This document shows positions 13,501 to 28,500 of a stretch of 64,000 bases of DNA, in pieces. The translations under genes were made by a program, and so were the position numbers. Source of the stretch: Botryllus schlosseri (lineage: Eukaryota); the NCBI GenBank assembly GCA_051294905.1, contig CM119385.1, positions 19,468,001 to 19,532,000 on the forward strand. The letters run 5' to 3'. The notes beneath the pieces were generated by a model. The model saw only the letters and a program-made list of their open reading frames with translations, was not told the origin of the DNA and made no database searches. How positions within the stretch are numbered: the first letter of the stretch is position 1; every line of letters begins with the position of its first letter.

Positions 13501-16500
13501 TTCGCCGTACTCCTCATACACACTAAATTCAAGACGAGCATTTAGACACCACATTGCAACATACTTAATGTGATGACTAGGGCTGGGCATTTTCGAGTAC
13601 CTGAGTGATTCGATTCTGAATCACATATTTTGCTTCGAGTCGAGTCGAGTATTCGAGTATCGCTCATTATGACGCCATAACAGAATGCAATATGTTAAAG
13701 TTCAAATTTGTACCTCTTTATGCCACCACAAAGAATATAATGCGTGCTATCCATCACATTAACCATACTTATTATTTTTTGACCATCCCGATTCCATTGC
13801 ACTTTGTGACAATGTTGTGGGATGATCATGACTTCGGAAATGTGGTATTTCCAGTAACGTTCGTAGCTTTGTACTTGTACTTCATGCCCTGTTTTCTATG
13901 CCGCAATACGGACAATTAAGGTTTCATGGCTTCCACAGTGGAAAAGAGTATAGACGCTATAATTTTTGATGATAAATTAACTTTTAGTGGCGAGAAGCGT
14001 ATAGTATCAGTACTCGAAAAATTCGTCTTTTACTACTCGACTCGAATCATTAAAATTAATACTCGATTCAGATTCGAGTACTCGAATCATTGTGCCCAGC
14101 CCTAGTGATGACCAATATTGTGTGTTAGAATGCACAATGTGGTATCTAACACACCGTATAGAATTTACAGTTGAACACCAGATTATGCATCAGATAAAAC
14201 AATATTGACGAACATAAAAATATGTTGAAATTTGATGTCTAACGGCAGGCCTTAAATTTGGAGTGTATTCGTTGCTCAATGCTCATATGAGCTAGTCGGT
14301 TTTGTGTATTTGCACTACCTGCTCAAGTGATTGTGTCTTCAGACTACTCCCACTTCTAATTAATAGTTTTCAGATGCCTAGGCAAAGTATAGGCCTAGGC
14401 CCTAGAATACTCACTTTCGACTTACTCGCAACTGCACTTCTAATTGCACTTGATTACTAACGATTACTGCCTCGACAGAAAAAATCTGATATTTCGTAGG
14501 TCTTATCCGCCACCGATTCCGATACAAACGACCTGAGCCTGACGTTCGATATAACCACGCCTCCGCGCAAAGGCCAAATCCTAGTCTCTGGAACGCCTGC
14601 GAATTCGTTCACGCAAGAAAATATCCGAAACGGCCAAGTCGCGTACCAGCACACGGCCGGAGAAATCGGCGCCAGGCCAGACGCAGACACTTTCAGTCTG
14701 ACTCTGTCCGACGGTTCCGACGAATGGGCGGTAGGCGGCAACACTGTGGACCGCGTACAAATGGCGGTCGACATCGAGCCCGTAGATAACCAAGCGCCCG
14801 TCGTCACCGTCGGGGAACAATTTTACGTTAACGAAGGAAATCGTACACGAATCGAACTCAGGCACCTCACCGCTACTGACGTCGACACGGCAGACGATGA
14901 TATCATTTGTGTAATAGTCACCCAGCCAAACGAAGGGTATTTAGAAAACATTTCGCCGGCTGAAGGCTCGGAAAAATCCCGCATAGGCATTGCGATAAGC
15001 TCCTTCACGATCGGAGATATTAAGGCCGGGGATATCAACTATATGCAAGGGTCGAACGCGAAAAGCGAGCCGGACGTGGATAGGTTTTCGTTTATCTGCC
15101 AGGACGGTGCGCCTAATTCGTCGCCGAGTGAATTTTTCGACATCGGCATAGACCCGGGTGAGTCCATATCCATTTTTTTGTTTGTCGTAATGTGCAGGTC
15201 TATTTTGCTTTTTCCCGTCAAGTTGTGGAATATGTATTGTATAGTGTGAAGTGAAGTCACGCGGAGGTCGGTGTTTAGTGCTTTTATTTGCAGATTTTTT
15301 CATTTATTATAGCTAAATGTAGTCAGCAACGAAGTGTAGTTGTAAATGGTTTTTTTTCTGCAGTACTTGGTAGATTTTGCTTACGCACTTTACCTACTGG
15401 AGTGATTTATATTCTTAGATTATACTTCCACTTCTGCCTGTTCAGTTTGTTGTAAAAGCTACTTAATTTTGACACTGTGGGTTTTAAATAGGCGAAATAC
15501 GTTTTATGATAAGTTTGCATCGTTTTCGTTAGTGAAATAGTCGTAAAAACCACGTGAAATAGGCTCTTTTCGGCTGTATCACGGTAACTGAATAATTTTT
15601 TAAAGACTGTGCCTATTCGTATGAGTTCTAGTCACTAAGTCGAGAATCTGGCTAAATGTGTAGGTTCTTAAGACTTTAAACTTTCGAAACACTATGCATT
15701 CTATCAGTTTCCTCTATTTCTACGGCAGGCCGTGAAGATATTTTAGTAGATCGTATCAAAATGCTTAGTAGTTGATATATAAATCATGCCTGTCGCCGCT
15801 GCCACATATATATGATCCGTTTATGTGATCAAAGTCCTCCTTGATGTATGCTGTTGAAAGTTGACCGTTATGCAAGCACACTGCTCTACCGCGTGTGTAA
15901 ATTTTTCGGCAACACCCGTTTTTCCATTCTTTTGTTACGAAATTTGATGTCTTCCTGTAAGGGAATTGTAGTTACAGTAACATTACTCCGTCTGTAATTT
16001 TTGCGACGCACTTATAATGAAGTGACACGTCCATGTGTAGCTGAGTTAATACTAATCGGAGCAATATAATCCTCAGTCGAGTACTTGTCAGTGCTGACTT
16101 TACACCGCCGAGAATATCGAAGTTTTGTGATTGCGAATGCTAATCTCGGTGACGCATACTAGCAACAAAAGTGAGAGATGTAGCGCATATCCGGTAACAT
16201 TGACACGAGAGACAATCATACATACCTGGACAATGGAAATTATCCGAACCGCAACCTCTTGAATGCCCGAGATGATTAAAATGGTTTACTATATACATGA
16301 ATTATTAACGCCATCCATGATGTCTTAGTTTTCGCTGTTTCACATCGTTTCATTACCGTATACGCAGAATGAATATTTGAAGAGACTAAAAATTCTAACG
16401 ATGATGTGACGACAACATATACGCATTTTGACGTACCGGTAGCCAATTATCATAATGTCCCAATTAATATATTCATACTTTGCGGATTTAAAGGGCGTGG

Positions 16501-19500
16501 TCTCTAGGGTCAATCACATATGTCCTCTTTTCTCAAGAAAAGTAAATTGTTCTCCGATGACGCCCAAATGTCGTCGTCTTTCGCATTTCGAGTTATTGCT
16601 CTATACTTCCAGCAAGACTTTTGGGCTAGACGTATTTATTTCCGAAAAATTACTGTTGCCAGCCTATTAGTTGGATAAGTTTCGAGAATCTTGACGGTTG
16701 TGGGCCTATATAAGTTCAAGGATATTTCGTTTAAACAATTTCATGATTTTGTTATAAATGATCATTCCTTTTTAAAAGTTGAGGGTACCGCAAAGTATTC
16801 ATTTGCTGAATCCATAAAATATTTTTGATTTGTTGTTTTTGTAGCTTTTTATTGCAACTATACCAAGGAGATGTAAAACATCATCAAACTAATACATAAC
16901 AATTCGATATTCGTTTACTTGCCGGCAAAAAAGGTTCTCTTTTTTAGTTCTAAAAATATGGTAGGCCTAGTATTTGCTTTTCTGGCCGCGCCAGTGATCG
17001 TTTATGCTGCGTTTTGAGAATATTGATGATTGGGTGACAGTGAACATCATCTCGTTACAGTAAATGACGAAACGCCGGAGCTTTTCTACACCGAGTTTGT
17101 CGTGGACGAGGGCGGACTACTGACCGTCGATTTACCGCGACTTAGCGCCGAAGACGGCGACATACCGCAAGACGTTCTTACGTTCACGATTACGTCGCCG
17201 CCTACCAACGGAGGCTTCTTTAGAATCGTAAGCATACAGCTCTCTATGTAAAAAATTCGTACCGCTAATTACATTTTGATGAATTTTGCCCCACGGATAT
17301 TTTCCATATCAATACGCACTTTAATTTTGCTGCCATATTGCACTGCACTAGCGATGGTATCATAGTATCGGCAGAACAGTGTTTTACTTCCAATTTGCAT
17401 TAATATATATAGTCTTTGTCCGGTTCACATTATTAATACTTTTATCACTTCATAACGCCTCAAGATTGCGATAAAATGAGGAAAATATAGGTATAAGTCA
17501 AAACGACTTGGAGTAATATTGTTTCAATCATCCATCCACCTTAGCCTACTACATGTAAATAAAGAGCGTGTATATACTGTATACACTGAATTATAAGTAA
17601 CAGAAGATCACGTAATTGTTTCAAAAGGTAGAACGGGGGCTATGATTTTTCAAAATTTCCAAAGGGAGCCACGGTGTAAAAGGTTGAGAAGCACTGCTGT
17701 AGCCTGATACTTTCCCTCGCAGCTTACACACCATGCAGAGTTCGGCAGCTAGAAAATTGTCGGTGTTTCCAAATTAGATTAAAATTACAATTATAGCTAC
17801 ACAGTGTTTCTTTCAAATTAGATTAGAATTTGAATTATTGAATTCGCGAAAACTTAGAAACTGAATCAAGTTCAGTCAAAATTCGTTCTCATGATCATGA
17901 GAATGGCAATTGTCTGTTCAGCAAGTTTCGGTCGTTTCGCACTCTAGATGTCCTGTAGCATTTTCGTGAAAACCAATCACGAATGAATGAATAAACCAAA
18001 GAATGAATTTTAGAGCGTAGAAACATTTCACAAATTAGATTAGCATTAGATTGCCGACAATTTGCTCTGATCAGTTTAACTAGACAACTATAGGATAATC
18101 GAGTCTTCCAAGTATGCTATGTATATACACAGTACATCACCATAAACATCTCTTTCCGTATCCCTAGACCGCGGACGCCCTCATACCGATTCAAGAATTC
18201 TCCATCGAGGACGTAGCCGCCAACAAAATTGTGTACGAACACGACGACACCGAGACCACGGAAGATAAGTTCGAAATATCGCTCAGCGACGGGGTGCACG
18301 AAGTTACGCAGACCATACCCATCACGATACGTCCGGTTGATGATGAAACGCCGCGTATGACAATCAACAACGGAATCGACGTGGATATCGACCAATCTAA
18401 AATCATCACCAACAACGATCTCAAGGTTTGTTTGTGGTGTTCATGGTGTTTTTCGATGGCAGAAGTCATTTTTACACCAGGCCGTTATTCTTAGTTTTTA
18501 TTTCGTAGCTGTTGACTTGTATAGTCAACCCACTTCTAGGCTTTTTAAGACACCGCTTATGCGGTTCATATCGCGAGGAGGAGAATAGATAAACTCAAGG
18601 TAAACCGCGCGATATCCAGCTTAAATTTGGTTAGATCAATGCGACTCTCAGCAGCACGCGCGAGACAAATTATTAGTTACGATAACCTCTCGCTTATGCT
18701 CGCTAGGATTTAGGCGTGCGTACACATGAAATGAATGATGTAATGTTTGATGATAAACTACATGTACAATTGTACATATTGTACCATGTACATTGTACAC
18801 ACGCAATCGCTGACTGAGCAGCTAAGTAGAACTTGGTTATGTTATGACTTGAGGCTATAATATGGTCGTTTGTAAGATTATTCCGGCGGTTTTATGTAAC
18901 GAGCGGTTGATTTGATACAGTTGACTTATTCCGGATAATATGCATACCTTCACGATGGGCCGAGATCTGTATTGATGTCTGGCTATTATGGGATGCCGTA
19001 ACACAAGTGGGCTTGTGTCGAAATGCAATGTCGTACTGTATGTTATTAGCTTACAAGGCTATTTCTGCACTTTCCATGTCCAGCAGCGACATATACACAC
19101 CACGTACTCATGGTATGGATATGCAGTATGGACAGATCGTCTATATGCATATCATGCGTCGGTGTGTATGCAGAAAAACATCAACGATAAAATATATAAC
19201 GCCATATTCCTATTCCTACAGTATAGGATAGTAATATGCACGCTTGCTCAGTTCGCAACATGTTAAAACTTGTAATAGCCGCGATTATTGTGCGTGTCAG
19301 ATTCATGCGCAGTTTTGTGGCGTCGCCACTACTGTGCACTTACCGAAAGTTTTGTCAACTTCGCTTAATTATAGCACGCAAAGTACTCGGAACTAATAAG
19401 TTACACTTACGTCCATTACATTGCGTCTCGGCCACATAATTGGTTTAACCTGCGCGCCGTTTTGCTCGAGTTTCGCGCGCGCCCGTAACGCCTACGCGAT

Positions 19501-22500
19501 TTACGCGCCGCGAAAAGTTATATCCTCTCCGCTGATGTTATCTGTGCTGCTCCGCATTATGATGATAGCCTTGATATATTTTACAACTGATGACTTATCC
19601 ATCATAGATGCACGGCAAGTCTTTGATTTTACGTCATGCCGTGAGCTATGTTTACGCCAGTTGTCTATCTGCTGTTTGTTTCCGTACGACTACGGAAATT
19701 AGCGTCGGAAACCAATCTGCCTGCGAGTTTGCATTCCACGCTATTTGTACACTGCCCCATTACCGTGTCCATCCGTCAAAGGCGTCAAAGCTTTGTGATA
19801 TAGAATTGGTAGACTTTTTCTAAATTGGACTATATTTTGAATTGCAGCAACGCATTTTCCCAAATCAGATTAGAAATATAATTACAGCTTCACATTTTTT
19901 CAGATTAGATTATAATTAGAATTACTGCTACTCTTTTATCCAAATTAGATTAGAACTTGAATAATAGCTACACATTTATCCAAATTAGATTAGCATTAGA
20001 ACTTACAGCTGCTCATTTTTCTTCACATTAAACTAGAATTCGAATTATAGGTACACATTTTTCCGAATTGGATTAGAATTAGAATTACTGTATTCGCGAA
20101 AACTTGGAAATGGAATTAAGTTTATCTCATATGTATAAGAGTTTATTCTCATAAGTATGAAAATTACAAATGTATGTGCAGCAAGCTTGGCTCGTTTCGT
20201 ACTATTCATGTGTCCTGTAGCATTTTCAGCATAACCATAAATTAGATTACAAATAGAATTAGAACATAGAAACACGACACAATTTACAATACAATTTGAT
20301 TACTGGCATTTTGCTCTAATAAGTCTAATTACACAACTAGAATTGTAGAAATCTGATATGATGCCTTTATAATAGGAAAGTGCGGCGTCTTCTCGAAAAG
20401 CACACTACCGGTACGCCGGTAAAGAGACTCGCCGGGTTCTAGCGTGTCAAATTCCGATCGCTACTTTCTTATGAATATCCGCGGAATAGGTAATAATATC
20501 ACCCGCAAACTACTTTGATACGATCGGTATAGGTCGTGAGAGTATCGTGTCGTTCTTCAAGGTGAGGTACAGATACGTTACATGTTAACCGCAAGTCGAC
20601 ATGCTATCTGATAGCGGATGAGTAATGTTTTGGGCTGGTGCGGGCTGTATCTAAATTTCCTTGGCAGTTGCATTGCCAATAACGTTGTGCTTGCTTAACG
20701 CCAGTGTACGGCCTCATTTTCTCGCTGTATTCCGGTGCCGATGATGATAGACAGGCGAGATAAGTTGGCTATTTGCTTTCTCCGATAGCTTGAAATTATG
20801 GCGCCGATGACATACGCTTAAATCCCGGTCCATTGATATGGAATTGTATGCCTAATCCACGTTTAATGCCGTCGACTTATTACCGATTTCGGACTGAGAT
20901 AAATTGACCGTTGAATGGAGGTGTAGTCTATCATACGTTGATTAGCGTAATCTGACATTCCTAAACGCCTCTTTTACACAATCTGTGTATTATCGTCGTG
21001 ACGATATTGAATGTCAGTCCGCCGCCTGCTTTGTATAAACGGACTCTATGAATAGTACGACCATCCCACTGCCTTTTATACATGTGGGCTTAGTGGATAT
21101 CTGGTGAAGACGTCGGTACCTATACCTGATGGGCTTATGTGCATTACGTCCGATACGCGTTGATAGAGGTTTACTTGTGAATGACCACGCTGTCAATCAA
21201 TTTCTCTCGCGCAGCTCTAGATTGTCATGTTGCGAAAGATTAGGCCGTTCCTTTGACCTCTCGGTTCACTAACACCAGTTTAATGCTAGTTAAACGGTTG
21301 ATGGTGAAGGTTTTCGAGCCATATGTCACCAGGATATATTTATGCACAACATTATAAACGTGATGTAGAACCTCGCCTGCAAATGGTAAGATTGTGATTA
21401 CGTTTACGCGGGCCACGTCCAGTGTGCACTTGTGCAGTGTGCACTGTGCACCTATGTATTTTCGATTCACGTTTTCTGCGATCTCGAAACGGCCAGAGCT
21501 GAGCGTGAACTGCTGTGGCGTTTTTCACGTCGGCTGTGTAGCGTTTGTGTCGGCATCGGCTACGTTAGTCTTCTTTATTTACCAACACACGGGTCTTGGA
21601 TTTAACCTTGACATAGTATTGTATTTCTGAACCTTCACAATCCCGGCCCGACATCGCGTCGCCTACTGTAAAAGCTGATAAAGTCACTGTGATAGCCTGA
21701 AAAATACTATGAATAAGATATTCTAACTAGGATTTGAAACATAACTGCGCAGCGTCTCATTTTCCTGAATCACTAAAAGATGCGAGGTCAAATTATGCGG
21801 TTGATATCTCTACACTGAAAGTACTTAAGTATGATAAGGTCGCGCAAAGCGAAATAATCACATCGAAATTACTTCAAGCAGAAATCTGATCTCTGCAGTT
21901 CGCAGAAGCACGGTCGTGATCGGGTGTAAAAGGTAGTTCAGTCGGGGCGGTATGGCACGCGTAAAAGTTGCGGCACGGTACATAATTGCTCCATAAGGGT
22001 GCGGAATTTTTCCTTATTGCTATGAAACTGTGATTTAGAAGCTACATTGACATGTGCTTCTAACAATGTAACAACTTTCGCTCGTAGCAGATATCCAATT
22101 GAATCTTCAATTCTGCGTGCTGGAGAAGTAATTATTTTGCTTTGTAGGATGATTCAAGTCGATATCGAAGTAGACATTAATCAATGCCACTTGTCCCAGC
22201 CTGTGCTTGAGTACGGCGTTTTAAATACAAGTACTGTGTCACTGACCACTGGTTGCAGTGTACAGCATATTGTACCAGTACTAATGCACATGAAATCAGA
22301 TTCATGCATGATTTGTTCAGGTGGATATATGCGCAGTACCAGGGCGGCGTGAGGCCGTCGTGATCTTAGATATATTGCAACGGCGATTTAGCTGTATAGC
22401 TCATTTCGAATGTCGCACCGCGCCTGTATAAACTCCGGGATTTAATCCGGGATTTCGAACTCGTACGCAAATGAATAGCATACCACAGTGTCATTGCGAA

Positions 22501-25500
22501 CTATTGAGATGAGTTTATAACAGGTATTATGTGTGAATTTGCGGGAATCAGCTGTGGCGTCGTGTTGATATATCATAATTTAGTTTATTCAATCTCAGCC
22601 TTTCGAGTGAACGACTTTGCCATACTTTACGGTCTTCAACGCGACTGACTTGCGTATTCAAAGGTGTCGTAAAATGGGTAATCATTATGATTCAATCACG
22701 GAGCGCGTAGATGACAGCTTCTAACTGCTATTTCTGTTGAAAATAATAACGTGACCCGTGGCACCCGTACGTCACGCTACTGTTGCGTGTGATATACTCA
22801 ACGAGAATGGCATGGAAATCGTATTTGTAGTTTGCTTCAGACCTCGATATTTCTAGCGCAGCACCGCTAGTGCTACCTCCAATCGTGCTAGTTACCCTTT
22901 CAGAATCTGGAATCTATTTCGTTAATCCACGGAGAGCATCGATTATACATAATTCACTGTATCTGCCACGGAGCACAGTAATATAATCCACTAATCTTAC
23001 AAGAATCAGGTAGCTGGAAACAATCTAAGATCAGCTGTTTGGGATATGACAACTGCACTGGGTCCCAAGAAAAACAATCCGCCCCTGCGATAAGAGCCGT
23101 GTACTTTCAACCGTTTGACAGCGGGATTATGGCATCCGACGTGAAGCCTACTTTAGAGCACTCGTGCTTTGATTAGTGTGTCGTTTGAGGCGTATCTATT
23201 ATGCTGGAGATGGCCGGGTTGATTTTATCTGAGACGGACACCCACGCCCCACATGCGCACTCAGTGTGTATAAGCTGTCGCTTGTTTTAAAAGCGGTGGT
23301 TAGTAGATGGTTGCCTGATTGCTTTTACCTACTAGATTACCATGGATGTGATAACCCATCGGAACTAATTTGGCAGTAGGGGCGTCTTAATACTTGACAT
23401 TTTCTACGGGCGAATGGATGTGTCCACATTGTATTTTTTCGGACTTCCGTATCCTTTTAGGAATATCGTAATTGCGATTATCATTAGAGTTATCACTCTC
23501 CCGTCTTGGTCCACTCACTGGAAGCTAACGAGCTTTGATGATAGGCCTCGTCACAGCGTAGTGAAGAGTACAGCCCACCTACGCATAGAAGGGCGCGTCT
23601 TAACTTGTCTCGCGCGGTGTAGGATTGATTCTCTACAATCCACCCGAATTTATGTGAGATTATCGACAGTTTTTGCTTTTAACAGGCCACTGATCTGGAC
23701 TCAGATGACAGTACGCTGAAGTACATAATCACTTACGCGGCCCGGCATGGTAACTTGACTCGCATAGACTCCGAAAGCAGGAGGCTCGTTTTAAGGCAGG
23801 GTGATTCTTTCACTCAAGACGACATAGATACCAACAGAATCGCCTATCGTCACACAGGTAAATTACACAGTTGCTTCATTTCCAACCGACTATTTTGATT
23901 GGAAATATACAGCGCGCAGTTTGTTATGCTCACTGTTTAACGTTAGACCGCAGTCACCACTCCTACCTGTGGTTCACCCTGTCGACAATGGAAACGCAAG
24001 TAGTCATGTGGTATTTGACCTTACATCGATTGTATGGTATGACAGATCTATATGGGTGTGATATTGCTTGATAGATCATGTACCTTGTGAATCGGTTAGA
24101 CTTCGAATTATTTTTGGATATGTTGTACCCTATCCCCTTGTCAGCACCCCATACATACGGATACACACCCATGTCCCTTATCCATACAAACTGCGCCTGG
24201 TTTTATGACCGTATTGTATAGTATCTCAAATTCTTCCGCGTAGAAACTGTTATCGTTTCATATCATCTGAAGTATCAATGTGATGTATCTCATCCTATTT
24301 ATATCTTGAATACGTATTTCGTATAATAGTGATATTTGAATAACGTATGACTGCGTATAGAAAGCTTTTCTTCGAGTTGTAGCATTTTGGGTTAGTGTGC
24401 AACTACAATAACCGTTCTTTAGTTTGCTCAAATTAGTCAATTTTGTCTGGTGACAATGATTGTCGATGCTCCCACATTCTATACTAACGTGATATTTGTA
24501 TTGGATATCGGACCATAAACCATTAGGAGCATTTCTCTTGTTAAAAAACAATGTGATAAATCCAAGGTGCGTTTTTACCCATCGATTCCCACACATTTAC
24601 GTCATGTAGACGATGTAACTCCCATCCAAGCTTTTCTCACACATGCTACTTTTGATTTTTGCTCGTCTGAAAATCGTGTAAATGTTGAAACTGCAAACAC
24701 CGGTAATCAACCCATAATACGGTGTATTCATAAGGGTGAACTTTCGCCCTAACATTCTACATTGCTTCGTGACCTTTAGAAATCAAGGTAGATTCCTGTT
24801 TTTAGTCTTTGTATTTTGTTATATTTGCTTATATTATCCGTGCGATACGTCGCAGACACGGTGTCGCCTGTTCTGGTAGAGTTCGATTATGCGGCGCTAA
24901 CTTGTAGTAAGTCATGATATGTGAACACACCCTCGAACATGGCACACTGAGTCCGTAACAAGCTAATAATGGGTAAAGCATACTATGTAACCTATCATTT
25001 TGGTGTCACCACATAGCCTACTAGAGCGGTCAACGGGGTCCACCAGATCAATATTGTGGATTCGCTCTCACGCTTTCCGTGCAGGACTCTCTCCATGCAA
25101 TCTTCATGTACTCTATTACGTGATTTGCGTACTACGTATAGGCATATTGTAAAGAGCTATCTGATATCATTGTCTTTACGCTCCTTATAACAACTGAAAT
25201 GATTGGCAATTAATATTACATAACACCTAATCTATCGGTAAGGTTTATTGCGTTTGGTGCCTAGTCACGCCTCGCAACACGTGACGAGAGTCGCTATTGC
25301 TCTCGCTAGAGCCAAAATCTTATTACGTAATAATAGCAATTTTCTAGACATTCATATTGTGTTGACATCACGTTGATTATATCGACTGCTCTATCGCAAT
25401 ACGAGTTTGGAACGTTTTTTTCCCCTGTCAACCATGTGGAATGCCATATTTTGTTATTCTCCTTGAAATAGGCATGCAGGGTGTGCGTGATCTCATCAAG

Positions 25501-28500
25501 TTCGACGTGACCGACGGCTTCAACCCGCTCATCGACAGATATTTTTACGTGAATATCGGCGGCATCGACATGCTCTTCCCGACCATTGTAAACAAGGGCG
25601 TTACTTTGAAAGAAGGCGGCCACGTTACTTTAACAACAGGTGGGAAGAACTAATGGGTAAACATGGGCGTTAATATCTTACCGTGAGCGTAACGCGTGAC
25701 CTTTGTAGATATTTTGAGCACGGACGATCTGAACAGCAACGACGAGGATCTGGAGTTTACTATTGCACACGCGCCATCGCGCGGGCATTTAGAGAGTACT
25801 GACGAGCCGGGAATGCCGATAACTTCTTTCACGCAATTGGATTTAGCCGGTATGTGAATATACTGCTTAAAAATATGCAGAACCGCAGCGAAGGTATGCA
25901 AGAGCGTTCCAAAGCATCAAGGAATACCTGACTTGGCACGCTTCGTTTCACGCCGTTTACACCGCATTAAAGTTGCTCAAGTATCGCAATTCGAAACTTT
26001 ATTAGCCATAGATCGCAATAGCACGCTTCGGGTTTGATCAATGTTTGATACATCGCCGCGGATGTTGCAGACCCGCGGTAAAGCTGCCGTTACGAGATCA
26101 GAAAACCACAACAGACGGGCCGTTGTAGTGGTGCTCGAAGTGTTTTGTATCTATTTCGAGCGAAAGTATGTTAAAAAGCCCGTAAAGTTCATAATGGCGG
26201 CGCGTTGTGGATTCGAAAAAATGATCTCCGGCGCTGTATTAACGAGTCCGTTGTTGAATACACAGTAGCAATGCAAATAAAGTGATTCTTATTCTCTTTG
26301 AATTGAATCTTGGGTGTATTGTTGTGTTGAAATCATCCGTCGCGTATCGTCACACACCTGGTTACCTTGAATGATTTTCGCTTTATAAGTTGATGAAATA
26401 TTTAGAGGTTTTCACGTTCGCGTAATACAATGCCGGCATGCAGTTATTTTGCTCTTAAGCGCGTCGTTTAAACTGTGGACTGTGTTTTACTTCGGGATTG
26501 ATACCCGCTGTAATAGCGTGGGCACTGGGCATATGTGTACATATCAGTATTGTCACCCCAAAATGTGGTACGCCTATAATCATAACTAACTTCACCTATA
26601 CTGGGATATATCCCCATAATGAATTGATATTTATACGGTTCATTTTCATATACTAGTATTGGTGTGAAAGAACAGTTTTGTTCGGGAAAGTGCACTTGAC
26701 TTGTACCCTATACGCTATTGCCTATGGTGTAAATCGCTGCAACACACGATTTTCGTTTGCAGTTCGTGTTAGCGAATAGAATGCGAATCACCACCCTAGA
26801 ATATGGTACACGGAAACATTATCTATCCCACTCCAGAGGCGTGAGGCATTATATTATGCTTATTAATGTATTTACAGTTTACAGTTGGGTTGTAACCAAG
26901 TCGCAAGGTTCCGAGTCGCAAGTCAATCTAACATTTACGGTTCTGACTCGAGTCAAGTCGAGTCATTTCCAATTAACGACCGAGTCTAGTCCATTGTTCG
27001 CCTATGAATTCAACCCGTTCCACCCTCATTTTCCAACTCTGCCCGAGTGATATAGAATGGCTTGCAGTCATAATGTAGTAATTTTCCTCAGTCTTAACAG
27101 TTTCTGGTCCTATTTTCCAATTACCGGTACCAGGGCTGATAGAGGAAATACCAATTATGCGGTAACTTTACGATTATTCGAAGTTGCAATGAAATGTCTG
27201 TCTTGACCGTCCTAGTCTCGAGTCATATGACTCGGATCGAGTCATGGACAATGACTCGATTACAAGTCGAGTCATTATAACCCCGGTTTACACCAACTGC
27301 ATGGTATGCATGTAAGAACTGTATTTTTGTACCGTAAAGCGCCGCTGATTTGATTTGCACTATTTTTATGGTAAAATTGAAAAATAAAATTGGTTTACGA
27401 ATATAGTATAATGGATATAGTCAATATTCCCTTGATTGTAGATGGGTTTCGTATATTACCACCATAATGGTGTGACTACCTGCGTAAAAACAAGGTTAAT
27501 TTGGATAAGCATCTATAGATCGATTACGTTCTAGGTAACAAGATCAAATACGTACACACTTCAAGCGAGGAGATCAAGATGGACAGTTTCGAGTTTGAAG
27601 TGACCGATGGCTACAACCCGGTGTCGAGAACGTTCCGTATTTCGATCTCGGATGTCGACAACAAAAAGCCGGTGGTTCATCTATCAACATTGCGACTCAA
27701 AGAAGGGGGAAGCAAATTCATTACCCCTTTCGAAATGAAGGGTGAGCGCTGGGCATTTTATCTGAGTGATGTCAGAACGACAATGCACACTTGAGAATTT
27801 TTGTCGGGGTTGATTTACAACGTTGAAGTAGTATGCTAAGCGATCAAATGCCAAGTACATTAGTCGAAGAATGTGAACCTGAACAACCGTATCTTCGTCT
27901 ATAGTCTGTCGAGATTGTCACTCTTGTAAAGGCAAACCGCAGCCAGGCCAGGTCTACTATAAATAGCGCATTGTCTCAATGAACTTTTGTTTCTTTCCTT
28001 TCTGATGATTGTGATTTTTGGAACGCGCAGACTAGAATCACTTTGGTCACAGTATCGCGGCGTAGTTTGCATGAGAAATTGTTACGTTATATGTCCGAAT
28101 TTCGTGTTTTCGTGAAAACGGTATATCAACACTTGAGCAATCGTTCATTGTTCTCCGCCATCCTGCAGCGAACTTGGACGACCAGTTATTTCTTGTTGTC
28201 TAATTACATTAATTAGAGCGAAATGCTGGTAATCTAGTTCTAATCCACTTTGTGAAATGTTTCTTATGCTCTAACATTAATTCTTAGCTAATTTCTGTTT
28301 TTCGTGAAAACCGTACAGGAAATCTGTATGTAGCGCGAAACGATTCAAACTTGCTGTACAGACATTGCCTTTCACATGCTCATGATAATAAACTTTTTAT
28401 TTGATATCAAATGAACTTGATTTTGTTGTATGTCCTTCTTATCTGCTGGAATACAATTCAATTTCCAAGTTTTTGTGAATTCAGTAAGTCAGCAATTAGG

